A DNA stretch of 64,000 bases from Callorhinchus milii (GCF_018977255.1 NW_024704743.1:64420001-64484000); one strand, 5' to 3'; shown: positions 23,436 through 36,900, counted from the first letter of the stretch. A program made the numbers and translations. The notes: generated from the letters alone by a model not told the origin.

Positions 23436-25360
23436 TAACATAACACAACACAACATAACATGCAGGAGCAGGAGTAGGCCATTCGGCCCTTCGAGCCTGC
23501 CCCGCCATTCAATCATGGCTGATCTTCTAATCTAACTCCAGCTAATAACATAACCCTGCCTTATCCCCATATCCCTTAATCTCTTTTGCAATAAGAAACA
23601 TATCTATCTCAGTCTTGAATATGTTCAAGGACTGAGCATCAAGAGCCCTTTGGGGTAGCGAGTTCCATACATTCATCACCCTTTGAGTGAAGAAGTTCTT
23701 CCTCAACTCAGTGCGAAAGGGCTGCCTCTGATTTTACGGTTGTGATCCCTGGTTTTAGTTTCTCCAATCAGGGGAAACAATCTCCCACTATTTACTCTAT
23801 CATGCCCTGTGATGATCTTGTAAGTTTCTAATTCTTCTATATTCTAGAGAATATAGGCCCAAATTGGTCATCCTCTGTGTTGATACTTTCTCCTAGTTTT
23901 GTGTCATCCGCGAATTTAGATATATTAACTTTGATGTCCTCATCTAGATTGTGGATGTAGATGGTAAATAGCTGAGGTCCAAGGACTGATCCTTGTGGCA
24001 CTCCACCAGTCACATCCCGCCAATCTGAAAAGGACCCTTTTAACCCTACTTTTTGTTTCCTACCCATTAACCATTCTCCAATCCACGTTAATATGCTCCC
24101 CCCAATTCCATGGGCCCTTATCTTTTGGACTGACCTTTTACGCGGCACCTTATCGAATGCCTTCTGGAAGCCCAAATAGACCACATTCACTGATTCACCC
24201 TTATCTAGTTTACTCGAAATATCCTCAAAAAATTCTATGAGATTTGTCAAACATGACTTCCTTTTTGTGAAGCCATGTTGACTTGGCCTAATTATATGGT
24301 GCTCCACTAAATACCGCACTACCACATCCTTAATTAACGATTCTAAAAATGTTCCTATCACTGATATGACACTAACTGGCCTATAGTTCCTCATCTTTTC
24401 CTTTCCATCTTTTTTAAATAGTGGTGTGACATTTGCGATCTTCCAATCCATGGGGACTGTTCCAGAATCCAAGGAATTTTGGAAGATCAGACACAAGGCC
24501 TCCACTATCTCATAAGCTACCTCTCTTAAAACCCTGGGATGCAAGCCATCCGGACCAGGGGATTTGTCATTTTTTAGTGCTAACAGTTTCCCTAGCACCA
24601 ATTCTCTACTAATGAAAATTTCCCTAAGTTGGTCCCTGTCCTGATCCCCTTGGTGCATCTCTATTGTTGGCAGAATTGTTGTGTCTTCTAGGGTGAAGAC
24701 AGATGCAAAGTATCCATTTAGAGACTCTGCCATGTCCTTATCCCCCATTACAACTTCTCCCATCTCTGACTGAAGTGGACCTACATTTACCCTCACTAGT
24801 CCTCTTAATGTATTTGTAAAAACTTTTACAATCTGACTTAATGTTCCTAGCTAGCTCACCCTCATACTCCTTTTTCTGGCTCTTAATGAGTTTTTAGGTT
24901 TTTTTTGCTGGTTTCTAAAACTCTCCCAATCTTCAAATTTGCTGCTTTTCTTGGCAGTTTTATAAGCTCTTTCTTTTAATTTGATGCTTTCCCTAACTTC
25001 TCTAGTTAGCCACGGATGAATTGCTTTCCCTGTGGTACTCTTATTCCGCAAGGGAATATGCGACCGCTGAGAATTATGCACTACATCCTTAAATATTTTC
25101 CACTGTTGGTCTACAATTTTACCTCTTAATCTGATTCTCCAGTCTATTTTACCTAAATCTTTCCTCATACCTACAAAATTAGCCCTATTTAAACTCAGAA
25201 TACTTGCCTCGGATTTAACTATATCCCTCTCTAACTTAATGCAGAATTCAATCATATTGTGATCACTCTGCCCTAGGGGAGTCTTAATACCTACACTGCC
25301 GACCCGCTGTATTTTGTTACACAAAACAAGGTCTAGGATGGCCTGTCCCCTAGTTGGTTC
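23436..25360 (-). mobile_element. CR1 LINE, 5'-truncated, with an internal deletion near 23867
   Basis: [72 protein letters not shown]. 3' end gaatggcctactcctgctcc plus (TGTTA/TGTTG)n. Confidence 0.95.
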
Positions 25361-25760
25361 ACCTTCAAAGCCTTCCACGGTCTTGCTCCCCCCTACCTCT
25401 CTGACCTCCTAACCCCCTACCACCCTGTTCGCTCCCTCCGTTCAACGGGCTCCGGCAAGCTTCATGACCCCCGCCTTGATCGCCCCACTATTGGCGGGCG
25501 GGCCTTCCACCACTCTGCACTTACCCTCTGGAACTCCATCCCGCAGTCCCTCCTCCTCGCCCTCTCCCTCGCCACCTTCAAGACCCACTTCAAGACCCTC
25601 CTCTTCGATAGTGCCTTCGATCTCCCTGCTTCCCCCCTTGCCCTCCACCCTCTCCCAACCCGACCCTCAGCTCGGGTCTGTAACTCTGTCTGTCCAGCAC
25701 CTTGGGAAGTCCTCCTGATGTGAAAGGTGCTACACAAATGTAATTTTGTTGTTGTTGTTA
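25359..25760 (+). mobile_element. L2 3' fragment
   Basis: accttcaaagccttccacggtcttgctcc...ctctggaactccatcccgcag...tail gtgaaaggtgctacacaaatgtaattt(tgt)n. Confidence 0.9.
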
Positions 25761-25810
25761 TTGTTGGTGCCCCATGGGTTTCATCCCTTGTCTCCTTCAG
25801 CGCTCCAGGA

Positions 25811-26177
25811 ATAATAATAATAACAATCCTTGCATTTGATATAGTGCCTTATCACATCTTTTGGATGTCTCAAAGTACTTCGCATAATATACTGTATACT
25901 TTGTGGGCGAAATGCAGCAGCCAATTGCACACAGCAGTGTCCCACAAACAGTTGTGGATTGAGCAACCAATTTTTCTTTTTTTGAGAGAGAATTATTACC
26001 CCCAAAAAAGCGATCCGCCAATCAACTAACAACCAGGTTCCAAAGGTTCTTACTGCTAGCTAAACAGAGGCGTATGGAGTAAGGAAACTTGCCCAACTTT
26101 TCGCCCTGCTGGGAATCAAACCCAGGTCTCTCACTTGTGAGGTGAGGTCTCTAACCACTGAGCTACAGCACTCCACT
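25811..26177 (-). mobile_element. SINE family A long subfamily, full length
   Basis: (aat)n tail, Deu body, central ctgctagctaaacagagg segment, tRNA head. Confidence 0.9.
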
Positions 26178-28419
26178 GAGCTACAGCTTAAGAGACCATC
26201 TATCCCTGAGTGCTTGATCTTAATTCCGCTAACTTATCTCGCTCGACATCACCTGCTGTTTTTCCTCTTGTGACATTTACAGGCATTATGTTGATTTCTA
26301 AAAGTAGTTGGTTAGAAGTGGGCTTTCACTAGCTCTTTCCCTCACCTCTGCAACATTGCCATCTCTGCCACAACCTCTCCAGCTTGGGGTTCCAATCAGT
26401 TAAGTGAAGTGCTTTAAGATGTTTTCCTGTTTTCCTGAAGCTATAAAAATGTAACTTATTCTCGTTGTAAGTTCTTCATTTTTTCCATCAACCATCAGAA
26501 CTTTGATGACATTGTGCCCCTTTTCCCTCCTTATAGTTTTCTTTTTGATTCGCATCTCCTTTTCTCATATATGCTGTATCAGTTGCAGTTATGTTCCATT
26601 ACCTGTATTCTTCCCTTTCTTCTGTATTCCTATCTCTATTTTGCCAATTAACTTGCTTCACAGTCTTTGCAGTTTCATACACAACTTTTTCTTAATTTGT
26701 GTGCTGTTGATTTTCCTAGTATATTCTAACCTGATATCATGTTCACTGCGTTTCACCCACAAATTATGCAGTCAATTCATCTTGCAGTATATAATGTGAG
26801 GCGCTTTGGAACTTCTCAAAGACATGATGGGGCAAGGATTATTATATTACATGTTGTGAAGGCCTCTCTGGTTAGTTCTGAAATTCAGTTTGAAACAAAT
26901 TTCCACCTTACTGTTTGCACTTGTCTGTTTCTCTATTTTTCAAATCCACTTCATTTTTTAGAAAACAAGATTGATTTCCAAAGTTCCTTCAATGTACATA
27001 GCAGCAACATTGTCTGGTAGGCACATACTGCTAGAAATCAAAACCACATGGGCACAGAAAGCCTTACAATTATGAATGATGTTTTGCAAGTGAAATAGTG
27101 CTTTGAAATATCATGTTCAAACAGACATTTTTATTAGACATTTTGACATATTTCTAATTTTATATAATTAAATTGAAGTTATAATTGTGCATCCTACTAA
27201 GATTTCAGTTTCATAGAAATACTGATCAAAATATAAATATTGGAAAATATAATTATTTGATTAGATCTACTGCACAGCCATCTGGATAGCTCTGAGCGAT
27301 GGCCAACACATCATAAGGGAACAAGTGCAAAGCCTGTCTATTGGTAGTCTGCTGTAAGCTTTTCTGGAACTGATCTATAGTTTATACTCACTATCAATAC
27401 TTTTTCATAAGTTTCCTGTCTTTCTGTGGGGATCCTTGACCAAAGTACATCTCTGAAGCGTTGTTGACAGAATAATTTCATTACAATGGATATTTAAGAA
27501 ATATAAACAATGAACAATGAATAAGAATGCAAACTTAATTTCACGTCACTGGTGTTCCCATAGTAGAATGATTCATTATTTAGCAACAGGAAACTTTTGG
27601 CAACATTTCATTCTACCTGCAGAGAATCTTATCAAAATGGAGAAACCTCTAAGTGAAGCGGCGAAAATTGGCAAACCATAACCATTGTATTTGTGAAATC
27701 CCAACTGAGTTAATAGAAAGGGCAGGAGCTAATGATATTTGTGACACATCAAATGTCTGATATTAACCCTGAGGTTGCAGTGCTTGGTCCAATTCATCTC
27801 GGTGTTGTGATTTTTGAATAACACAAGCAACACCAGAAAACCCACAAACAGATGGCAGCTTTTCTCTGACTCATGCTTAAAAGTATTTAATTACAATGAG
27901 AGTTGGATTTATGATAAATAACTCCCAAATGCCTTTCTGGAGAAACACAAATAAATGTTATTACAGCAGGAGGAAAACCAGGTGACAGGTCTAATGCGCA
28001 TTTGAATAAATACCATGTACTCCAACCATATGGCCCCAGTTCTTTCTTTCTTTAATTGTTGCAGCAGCTGTGTCATGCCTCTGAGCCTCTCTCTCTTGAC
28101 AAATCTAATTGGAATTGTACCTGACAGAATCCTAATTAGTGCCTCATTAGAAGATTACATGTCTGTTTCATGACCCACATGAACTAACTCCTCAACAGTA
28201 CAAAACGTCCCTTCAAAAAATAGCGCTCAACTAAGGACATCCCACACTTACAGTGTAGATTGAATCTAAGAGGTTGGAGTGGGTTCACACCCTCCACCAT
28301 TTATCTCCTTTCCCTCTGTTCAGTTTACATAATAGTGATGCCGGTTGATATCAAGGCTCTGAGACTTTACTCTGTGAAAGGCCGTATGTAAATACAAGTT
28401 GTTGTTGTTATAGCTCATA

Positions 28420-28690
28420 GCGAAACTAAAGGTTAGATTAGGAGCAACTTCTCCACTCAGAGGATGGTGAGAATTTAAAACTCGTTCCTGGAATTTGTGG
28501 TTGGAATGAAAAGCATCAGTGTATTTAATAGGAAACTTGATACATACAAGAGGAAGAAGGGGGTAGAGGAATATAGGAGAGGGGAAAGAGAGAGGTCAGG
28601 GCTCGTATGAAGCGTAAACACCAGCATAGAACAGTTAAGCCGAATGGCCTGTTTCTTTGTCATATTATTCCAAGTAATTCTATGTAAGTT
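28420..28690 (+). mobile_element. CR1 3' fragment
   Basis: ttctccactcagaggatggtgaga...gccgaatggcctgtttc; related to the tail of 45073-46813. Confidence 0.75.
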
Positions 28691-29609
28691 TATGAATCAA
28701 AGACCGTTTCCCCTTCCTCATCAGTCAAAGATGATTATTAATTATTTTGTTAATTTTTACTGGACTGTAGATAAATATACTGTGTGAGAATACTTTTCTC
28801 TGTTGCTCTTTGTGTTTCTTCTGTAATGTTTTTATAATTATTGTAAATTATTCTTAAAATAATTAAGGAGCTGGTTACAAAAACATATTTATTTATGGAT
28901 TAATAACAAAGGTGATGTTTACACCATTCTATATTCATGAAATTCAATACAAGTGCTTGTTTTGCTTCTCTTTTTCAATTTTTTCACATCTGAAATAGTT
29001 TGTGCATCAAATTAGAGCACTTCCATTTTACCAGCAAACATAATAATAAGAATCCATGCATTTATTATAGCACCTTATCACATTGTTACGACACCTCAAA
29101 GCGCTTCACAGAGTATACTGTCATGTTTTAGTCACCTTACATTTTAGGGTGTGACATATAGACAATGTGGGATAATATTCTGCCTGGTGAATATATTCTT
29201 GGAGCTTGTTCCTACAGAAATCATAATTACATTCATGAATATGCACACTCGACTTTTACTATCCCTTTGCCCTTGGGCAAGCCATTTACCTTTATTAATA
29301 TATTATGAGTTCCCTTGATGCCTTGAGTTCTCTTGCATAGCTTTACAAACTGAAGGGTCCAAGCCTGACCCCAATCTGTACTATGTTACAACAAACTAGA
29401 CATTACTATACTAATGCGGGGTGCATATGTGTCTTCATACAACAGTAAATTGAATACTTTCTGAAAATCCTTGTCAATTATATGTACTGGATCAACTGAA
29501 ATTGTGTGAAAAGAACTAGTTAAGATCAGTTATGCATCGGTATGATAACACTATTGGGAGATATGGAGCTAGAATTAGACTGAGATGAACAAATTAAAAA
29601 AATTTGGTT

Positions 29610-29785
29610 ACTCAATCCATGACTGTTTGTGAGACACTGCTGTGTCCCACAAATTGGCTGCTGCATTTCGCCCACAAAATGACAATCAACTCACTTTACA
29701 ATATATTCTGTGAAGCACTTTGGGATGCATTGAAGACGTGATAAGGTGATATATCAAATGCAAGGATTATTATTTATTATTATTA
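29610..29785 (+). mobile_element. SINE 3' half (Deu body + tail)
   Basis: actgtttgtgagacactgctgtg..aaattggctg..tatcaaatgcaaggattatt. Confidence 0.8.
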
Positions 29786-29951
29786 AATAACTCCATGATA
29801 CCCAATGATTTCTGTACATCTAGGTGCACCGTTGAGGGAAGAAAGGTTCATATCAAAGGAAACCAGATGCAGTAATGAAGATTTGGAAATAAAGGAATAC
29901 TCTGGCATTTTGGCTTACGCTGGTATTCAGAAAGATCTTTCTCCAATGGAT

Positions 29952-30040
29952 AGAGAGGGCATGAATGAAGTTCATTTTCAGAGAGAAGGAATGAGTGAGA
30001 TTCATTCTCGAAGAGAAGGAATGGATGAGGTTCATTCTAG
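29952..30040 (+). repeat. Three diverged 30-bp tandem units
   Basis: agagagggcatgaatgaagttcattttc / agagaaggaatgagtgagattcattctc / agagaaggaatggatgaggttcattct. Confidence 0.8.
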
Positions 30041-30118
30041 AGTAAGATTTGTTTGAGGTATACGAAAAAGCAGGTTGGATGGACCAAATGACCTTTTCGC
30101 ATTCCATTGAGTTCTTAT

Positions 30119-31310
30119 GACAACAACAACAATAACATTTTTATAGCGCCTTTCAAGTCAGAAGGAAGTCTCAAGGCGCTGGACAGTTTACAGCATTTCA
30201 GACCCGAGCTGGGTTAAGAGGGAAGAAAGGGAGGGGAGGGGAGGGGAAGGCGGGTGACCAATGGCATGATTGAAGAGGAGGGTTTTGAGGCAGGACTTGA
30301 AGGAAGCTAAGAAGGCGGTGAGGCAGAGTGACTGGGGGATGGAGTTCCAGAGGTTGGGGACAGAGTGGCTGAAGGCTCTCCCGCCAATGGTGGGGAGGGT
30401 GGGTCGGGGGACGTGGAGCAGGCCAGAGCCGGCGGAGGGGAAGGAGTGGGCAGGGTTTGTAGGGGGTTAGGAGGTCGCAGAGGTAGGGTGGGGCGAGGCC
30501 ATGGAGGTCTTTGTAGGTGAGGACCAGTATTTTGAACTGGATCCTCTGAAGGACAGGGAGCCAATGGAGTCGGGCGAGAGTGGGGGAGATGGGGTCACAG
30601 AATTTGGTAGGGGAGAGGACATGGGCTGCAGAATTCTGGATTATCTGCAGCCTGTGGAGGGAGGATTTGGGAAGGCTGACAAGCAGGGCATTTGCATAGT
30701 CGAGCCTGGAGGTGATGAAGGCATGAACAACAGTTTCAGCGGCCTGAGAGATGAGGTAGTGGCGGAGTCATAGCTTGGATGTGGGGAAGAAAAGACAGTT
30801 GAGGGTCAAACAACACACCTAGGTTCCTGACTGGCTGGTGAGTTGTAGTGTGCAACCATGGAGGTTGATGCTGCCAGAGCCTGAGGTGCTGAGGCGCTGG
30901 CACGAGCCAATCAGGAGGGCCTCAGTCTTGTTCACATTCAACTGTAGGAAGTTTGCCCTCATCCAGGACTTGATGTCCGACAGACAGCAGTGGTCCTGGA
31001 GTTGAGAGTGGAGGCAGAAAGATAGAGTTGGGTGTCATCCGCTTACATATGGAAGTTGACTCTATGTCTGCGGTGATGTCACCAAGGGGGAGCATATAGA
31101 TATTAAAGAGGAGAGGGCCAAGGACAGAGCCCTGGGGGACCCCAGAAGTGACTGCAAAGCTGGAGGAGAAACTGTTAGAGACAACAAAGTGGAGACGGTG
31201 AGAGAGATAGGAATCGAACCAAGCAAGGGCAGGTCCGTGAAGATTAAGTCAGGAGCAGAGGCGGTGTATGAGGATGGAGTGGTCGACAGTGTCGAAGGCG
31301 GCAGAGTGAC
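30119..31310 (-). mobile_element. L2 3' fragment (~1.2 kb), middle-aged subfamily
   Basis: (caa)n tail, in-frame WNSIPQSLCLTAFLASFKSCLKTLLF, RT core back to the AFDTVDH region. Highly similar to 47285-48440. Confidence 0.92.
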
Positions 31311-32854
31311 ATGAGGAAAATCCATCTTCCATGTCCTGTTCAACCTCCAGTATGACAGTCAATGCTCACCAGAATCTGATAACAATTTTCAATTGTAAAT
31401 GTAAAAAATTGCTTATTATTTCTATTATTTCTTATTATTTCTATCTACTGTGTGAAGAACAACAGGAACTCAGTCACTTCTGGATGTTTTTCATCTACTT
31501 GCCAGTGCTTATTTTGATTGAATATTATACAATGCTACTCAGTGAAGAATATTTACGAGTGCACTTTTTATACTCAACGCTTCAGTGACTAAGGATGAAA
31601 TGTGCATAATTCTTCTTCCTGTGGAGCTTAGGTACTGTCTATGTTATAACTTATTCATTAACAACACTATTACATTTTAAATATGCATCCGCACAGCTTA
31701 ACCTGTCAAGTATTCAGCAGGAATTCACCGAGATAAAATGGAAATTATAGCGGTCATTTCACTTATGCATAGATTTAGAATTTCTGAAATAATCACTTTT
31801 TCCTTCGGATTTCCCTGATTTTGTTTCAAAATATTTAATATTAATGTTTCTAGAAAATATGGAAAGTCAGGAATGCCACAAAAATTAATGGCGGTGTGGT
31901 GTTTGTGTATTTGACTCGATCCCCACAAAGGCAACTTTGTAATAAAATGAAATCACCATCAACAAATGTTCCTGAAACCACTTTGCTTCTTTTGATACAC
32001 ATTTCTTGCTCATGTGACACTGGAATTCATCAGATTTTGGAATGCATAATTCTCTGCCACAAACCGTCGTTCAGGCAAAGTCCATAAATTATTGAAAAAA
32101 GGAATTAGATTGTATCTTGACAAAGAGGAACATTAAAAGGATATCGGAAACAAAAGGCAGAAAGGCAGACAAAAGTGGTCTTAGATAATGTGGCTCATGT
32201 GGAGAGGCCCATTGGTAGATTGGGTTAACCATGTTTAAATACTTACAATGTACCTGAGGTTAAACTTTAGCAGTAACCAATTTGCACTCTGAGTTCCCTA
32301 CGTCTTGGCTCTTACTGACCTGCATTTAAACTCTTCCAGATTAGGTAAACAGGGAACATCCCTTAGTGAGACACTATACACTCCATGCCAAACAAATATG
32401 TAATTTTGTTTTGTTTACAAATATGTAATTTCCACACACATGCAGCACTCTCAGTAATTTGATGTGGAGATTCTTAAACATGGTAACAAATGATAGCAAC
32501 AGCAATTACAGCAAAGAAGGAGGACCATTGAGCCTAACAGTTCCTCCACCAGAATTAACTACTCTAATCCCAATTCCCTGCTCCTTCCCTCTATCCTTTT
32601 TTTATTCTTCTTCTTCAAAATATCCAATTCACTTTTAAAAGTTATTAAATAATAGCCACTGAAGGCAACATACTGTATTACATTTCTGATAACAGTCTAT
32701 ATGGAACAACCCTTCATCTTAATTCTTCTCAGAGCAATCCAGACACCTAAAAATGTTTTTTTTTGCAGTGGATAAAATGACAACATTTAAAATTTAATCC
32801 AGTGTGCAAAACCTCAAGTTACCAAACTACCTCCTGTTGCACTAAGGTCTCAAT

Positions 32855-33050
32855 CTACCTCAGTTGCTAGCACTTTTGCCTCTGAGTCAGAAAGTGTGGG
32901 TTCAATGCCCACCCTGAGACTTAGTGTTCATGATACTCTACATTACAGTGTTAGGGGAGTGCTACATTTTCCTTCAAATGAGATGTTAAATCAAGGTCTG
33001 AAACACTATGTGAAGGGCACTACATGAATGCAAGTCGTTGTTATTATTGT
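32855..33050 (+). mobile_element. SINE family B, deleted copy
   Basis: ctcagttgctagcacttttgcctctgagtcagaaagtgtgggttcaa head. Confidence 0.7.
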
Positions 33051-33439
33051 TGTCTGGTATATTTCTCCCTCAGCCAAATTCACTATTTTATGCTTTACAA
33101 TAACACATTCAAATATTTTTCCCATGTGCTAAAAATCACATTAATTGGTTATTCTTTCCACTTTTGGGATGCTGCTTCTTTGACTACATGATAATAATCA
33201 CCATACTTTGAGATATTTGGGTGTAATAAGGCTTTATATCAAATTTAAGTAAGATTATTAATAAACAATTTGCACAAATAACAATTCACTCTGAATTGAT
33301 TGTGTCCATGATGGGCAAGGTTACTGGGGCTAAGATATGCTCAAACAGTAGACTCATCCCTCCAGAATAACCACTTTACTGATCCTCCAACACAGCATCA
33401 AGCTGTTTTGTTTTAAAAATGATTCCAGACTCCTGGCAT

Positions 33440-33995
33440 AGTTGGGTCAGTTGGGTCAAAGAGAAAGGTTTTGAGACCGGCCTTGAAGGAGGAAAGGGAG
33501 GAGGCGGCGAAGGCACTGGAGGATGGAGTTCCAGAGCCTCGGAGCTGAGAGGCTGAAGGCCCGACCACCGATGGTAGGGCGGTTGGGGCGGGGGACGTGG
33601 AGCAGACCGGAGCCGGAGGAACGGAGGGTACGGGCAGGTAGGTAGGGGGATAGTAGGTTGGAGAGGTAGGAGGAAGCGAGGCCATGAATGGCCTTGTAGG
33701 TGAGGATGAGGATCTTGAAATCAATCCTCTAGGGGATGGGGAGCCAGTGGAGGCGAGCGAGGGTGGGAGTGATGTGGTCCCGAAGCCTGGTGCGGGACAG
33801 GACACGAGCTGCAGAGTTCTGAATGACCTGCAGCTTGTGGAGGGAGGTGGCGGGAAGGCCGGCGAGGAGAGAGTTCCCATAGTCCAGCCTTGAGGTGACA
33901 AAGGCGTGGACCAGGGTTTCAGCAGCGTACGGTAGTGCCGTAGTCTGGCGATGTTCCGGAGGTGATGGAAGGCGGTGCCAGTTGTGGTGCGGATG
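33440..33995 (-). mobile_element. Young L2 3' fragment lacking the terminal tail
   Basis: Near-identical to 18086-18631 of the long L2. Confidence 0.93.
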
Positions 33996-35119
33996 CGAAG
34001 GTCTTCAAATGCGACCTGAAGATGGAGAAGGCGGAAGAATTGAGGGAAAGTATTCCAGAGTTTTCAAGTTCCAACTATTTTCGAAGGATGAGAACAAATG
34101 GACAAAAGGTTTTTTTTGCAATCTTGTGATGACTAAAGCTAATAATGAATATCATAAACTTATAGAAATATCACCACAAAAGAGAGATTTTGTCCTTCTT
34201 ATCTGTGCCATGCAGGTTTCCCACTGGAGTTATCTACTTTAATCTAATTTCCTTGCTCTTTACTTTTTTCCTCTTTCCTTCTTTATCCTGTTACATTTTA
34301 ATTATTTGTATGTTTGTATAATTCCCTTGTTAAATGTCAGAACTGGCTCGGCTTCAATAGCTGCTCAATGAATGCACTGTTCAAATGGACCCGGTTTTGT
34401 CCATCACTTGAAACTTTTAGCAGTTCTACTGTAAATTGCTTGAGTAACACTTTTGTGAAGCTGTCAAGGAGATGCTTTCCAGCCTTGTAGTATTTTCTCA
34501 TTTGCAACCTCAATAGTTTGAGTGCTGCGAAATCTAATGTACAAGATTGTTGTATCATATTTAGGTTATGAAATATGTAATTGTTAAGACGATTTGATAG
34601 GTATAATTTTATATGGAAACAATGGGTTTTGTATGAGCAATATGCAAAGTGCTCAATTGTTTGAAAAATATGATAATAAATGATTGGACGCCAGGCATTT
34701 TTCATGTAATTAAATATTTCAAAGGAATTAAATACAATCCAATAAGACAAAGGCACTGTCATTGCATTTTAAATGAAATAAATGGTAAATAAAAACTCTC
34801 CTGAGACTCTTATGAAGGATGCAGTGGCTCCAGGCTGTCAGATGTGTATTAAATCTCCTGTATTTATTACATTGGATTTCCTTCCAGTGTTATTGTTTCA
34901 GTAAGTCATGTATTATTGAACTGGAAAGAAAACAAATCACAGCTAGATAGTATGAACTAACAAAACTCCAGAAATTCTCATGTCACAAAGAATTAAAATC
35001 CCAAAGGAATAATAAATTGGAACAGAAGTGCAAAATTGCACCTGAGCCCTGTTAAAATGAAAGAGTACCACAACCAGAGTCACATCCACAGCACATTTTC
35101 CTGTGCCTAGCTGTTTTAT

Positions 35120-35551
35120 TGTAATAATCCTTGTATTTGATATAGCACATTATCATGACGGCAAGCACTTCACTGGATATCCTGCAAAGTGATGTGACTG
35201 TATATTTTGTGGGTGAATGTGGCTGCCAATTTGTGCACAGCAATGCTCACAAACAGTTGCGGAGTGAGTGACCAATTTTATTTAGCTGACTTTTGGCCAA
35301 GACACGAGGAGAAACTCCCTTCAGTTTTTAAATCATGCCATGGGATCTTTAACGTCCAGACAGACAGACAGACAGAAGGACCTTGGTTTAATGTCTCACC
35401 TGAAGCACTCACCTCGGACAATGCAGCACACCCCAGCACGGCACTGAAGTGTCACCTTAGAATATATGGGTTTCAAGTTCCAACATGGGGCTTGAACGTA
35501 CAATCTTCTGACTCAGAGGGGAGAGTGCTATCAACTGAGCCAGGCTGACAC
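35120..35551 (-). mobile_element. SINE family B (SacSINE1-like Deu-SINE), full length
   Basis: Head gtgtcagcctggctcagttgatagcactctc..tctgagtcagaag, ttaaagatcccatggc core, Deu body and tail. Confidence 0.85.
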
Positions 35552-36169
35552 CTCTGATTGTGAGTTTATCGTAGAGAATATAACAATTTTCTACACCGTG
35601 AAACTTGAGAAAAGATCTGGAAATCTAAATTATGCAGCAATGGAGTTGAAAATGTGACATGGGAGTCACAAATAGCAATTTCTGAGCTGCAAATATTAAA
35701 TACTGTTGGTAACTGCTGGTGAACGTGTCATACTCAGGTACTGTCTCTGCACTGGCATGTTCAGAAATAGATTGTGGTGTCCTGATAGCATAGCTTAATG
35801 CACTTAGTAGGAATCACTATTGTGAACCCATAATAGTGAATTGTGGATATTGAATTCTGAAGATTTAGCCTTTAAAATTGTTTTAAATATTTTTTTAAAT
35901 ATTGTAAAGACTCAGGAGAATGTATGTGTAACTATTGCTTCCTTTGTTCCTATAATCAGATGGATCAATATTTATGGGATTTTGATTTATCCCTGAATAT
36001 TAAAGTTAGTGGAAACGTTATGAAATAATTCTATAATCCTTGCATTAGATATAATGCGTTATCACATTGTTGTGATTTATCAAAGGACTTCACAAGATTT
36101 TACTTGTGTCACAGAAAATAAAGATCAAGATAAATAAAGAATAAAGAGTTTGCCTATTGTAGGCAAACA

Positions 36170-36900
36170 TGACAATATATTTGCACACAGAAATGTCTCA
36201 CAAACAACAATAACAATTTGCAGTTATATGGTGCCCCTCACCCAGGATAGCCTCCCAGAGCACTTGGAACAGTCATATTAATGACCAATTTTGTCTGTGG
36301 GATTATTGTCTAGGACACTAGGAGAAACTCCCTTCTCATTTGAAATAATGGCATTGCATCTTTTAACATCCACATGAGCAGGCAGCAAGGTTCTTATGAT
36401 TTAACGTCTCACCTGAAGAAGTAGAATCCTTGCATTTGATATGCGCCTTATCACGTCTTTGAGACATCACAGCATGTATTGTAAAGTAGATTAAGTGTGT
36501 ATTTTGGGGGTGAAACATAGCAGCCAATTTGTGCACAGTAGTGTCCCACAAACAGTTGTGGATTGAGTGACTAAGTTTTGGGGGGTGGGATTATTACTCC
36601 CAAAAAGTGATCCGCCAATCAACTGACAATCGGGTTCCTACTTACTGTGAGGTAAACAGGCGTGTGGAGTAAGGAAACTAGTCTAAGGTTTCATCCTGTC
36701 TGGGAATCAAACCAAGGGCTTGCGAGGCGAGCACATTAAGCACTACACTATGGGACTCCACGATGGCATCTCCAACAATGCATCACTCCCGAACAATGCA
36801 CTGGAGCTTCAGCCTACACTATGAACTCAAAGTTTCATTGAGGGCCTTGACTCCACAATCTTCTGACTGAGAGACAAGAGAGCTACCAACTGAGACAGGC
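36170..36900 (-). mobile_element. SINE family B interrupted by a family A SINE (36425-36761)
   Basis: B sequence ttaacgtctcacctgaag breaks at ~36420 and resumes gatggcatctccaacaatgca at ~36762; a complete A-long copy lies between. Confidence 0.85.

Noticed and set aside
29952..30040. CRISPR-like repeat array
   Set aside because: Contiguous diverged tandem units without spacers, in eukaryotic DNA.
34337..34762. 141-aa minus-strand ORF
   Set aside because: AT-rich, no recognisable domain and no convincing splice context.
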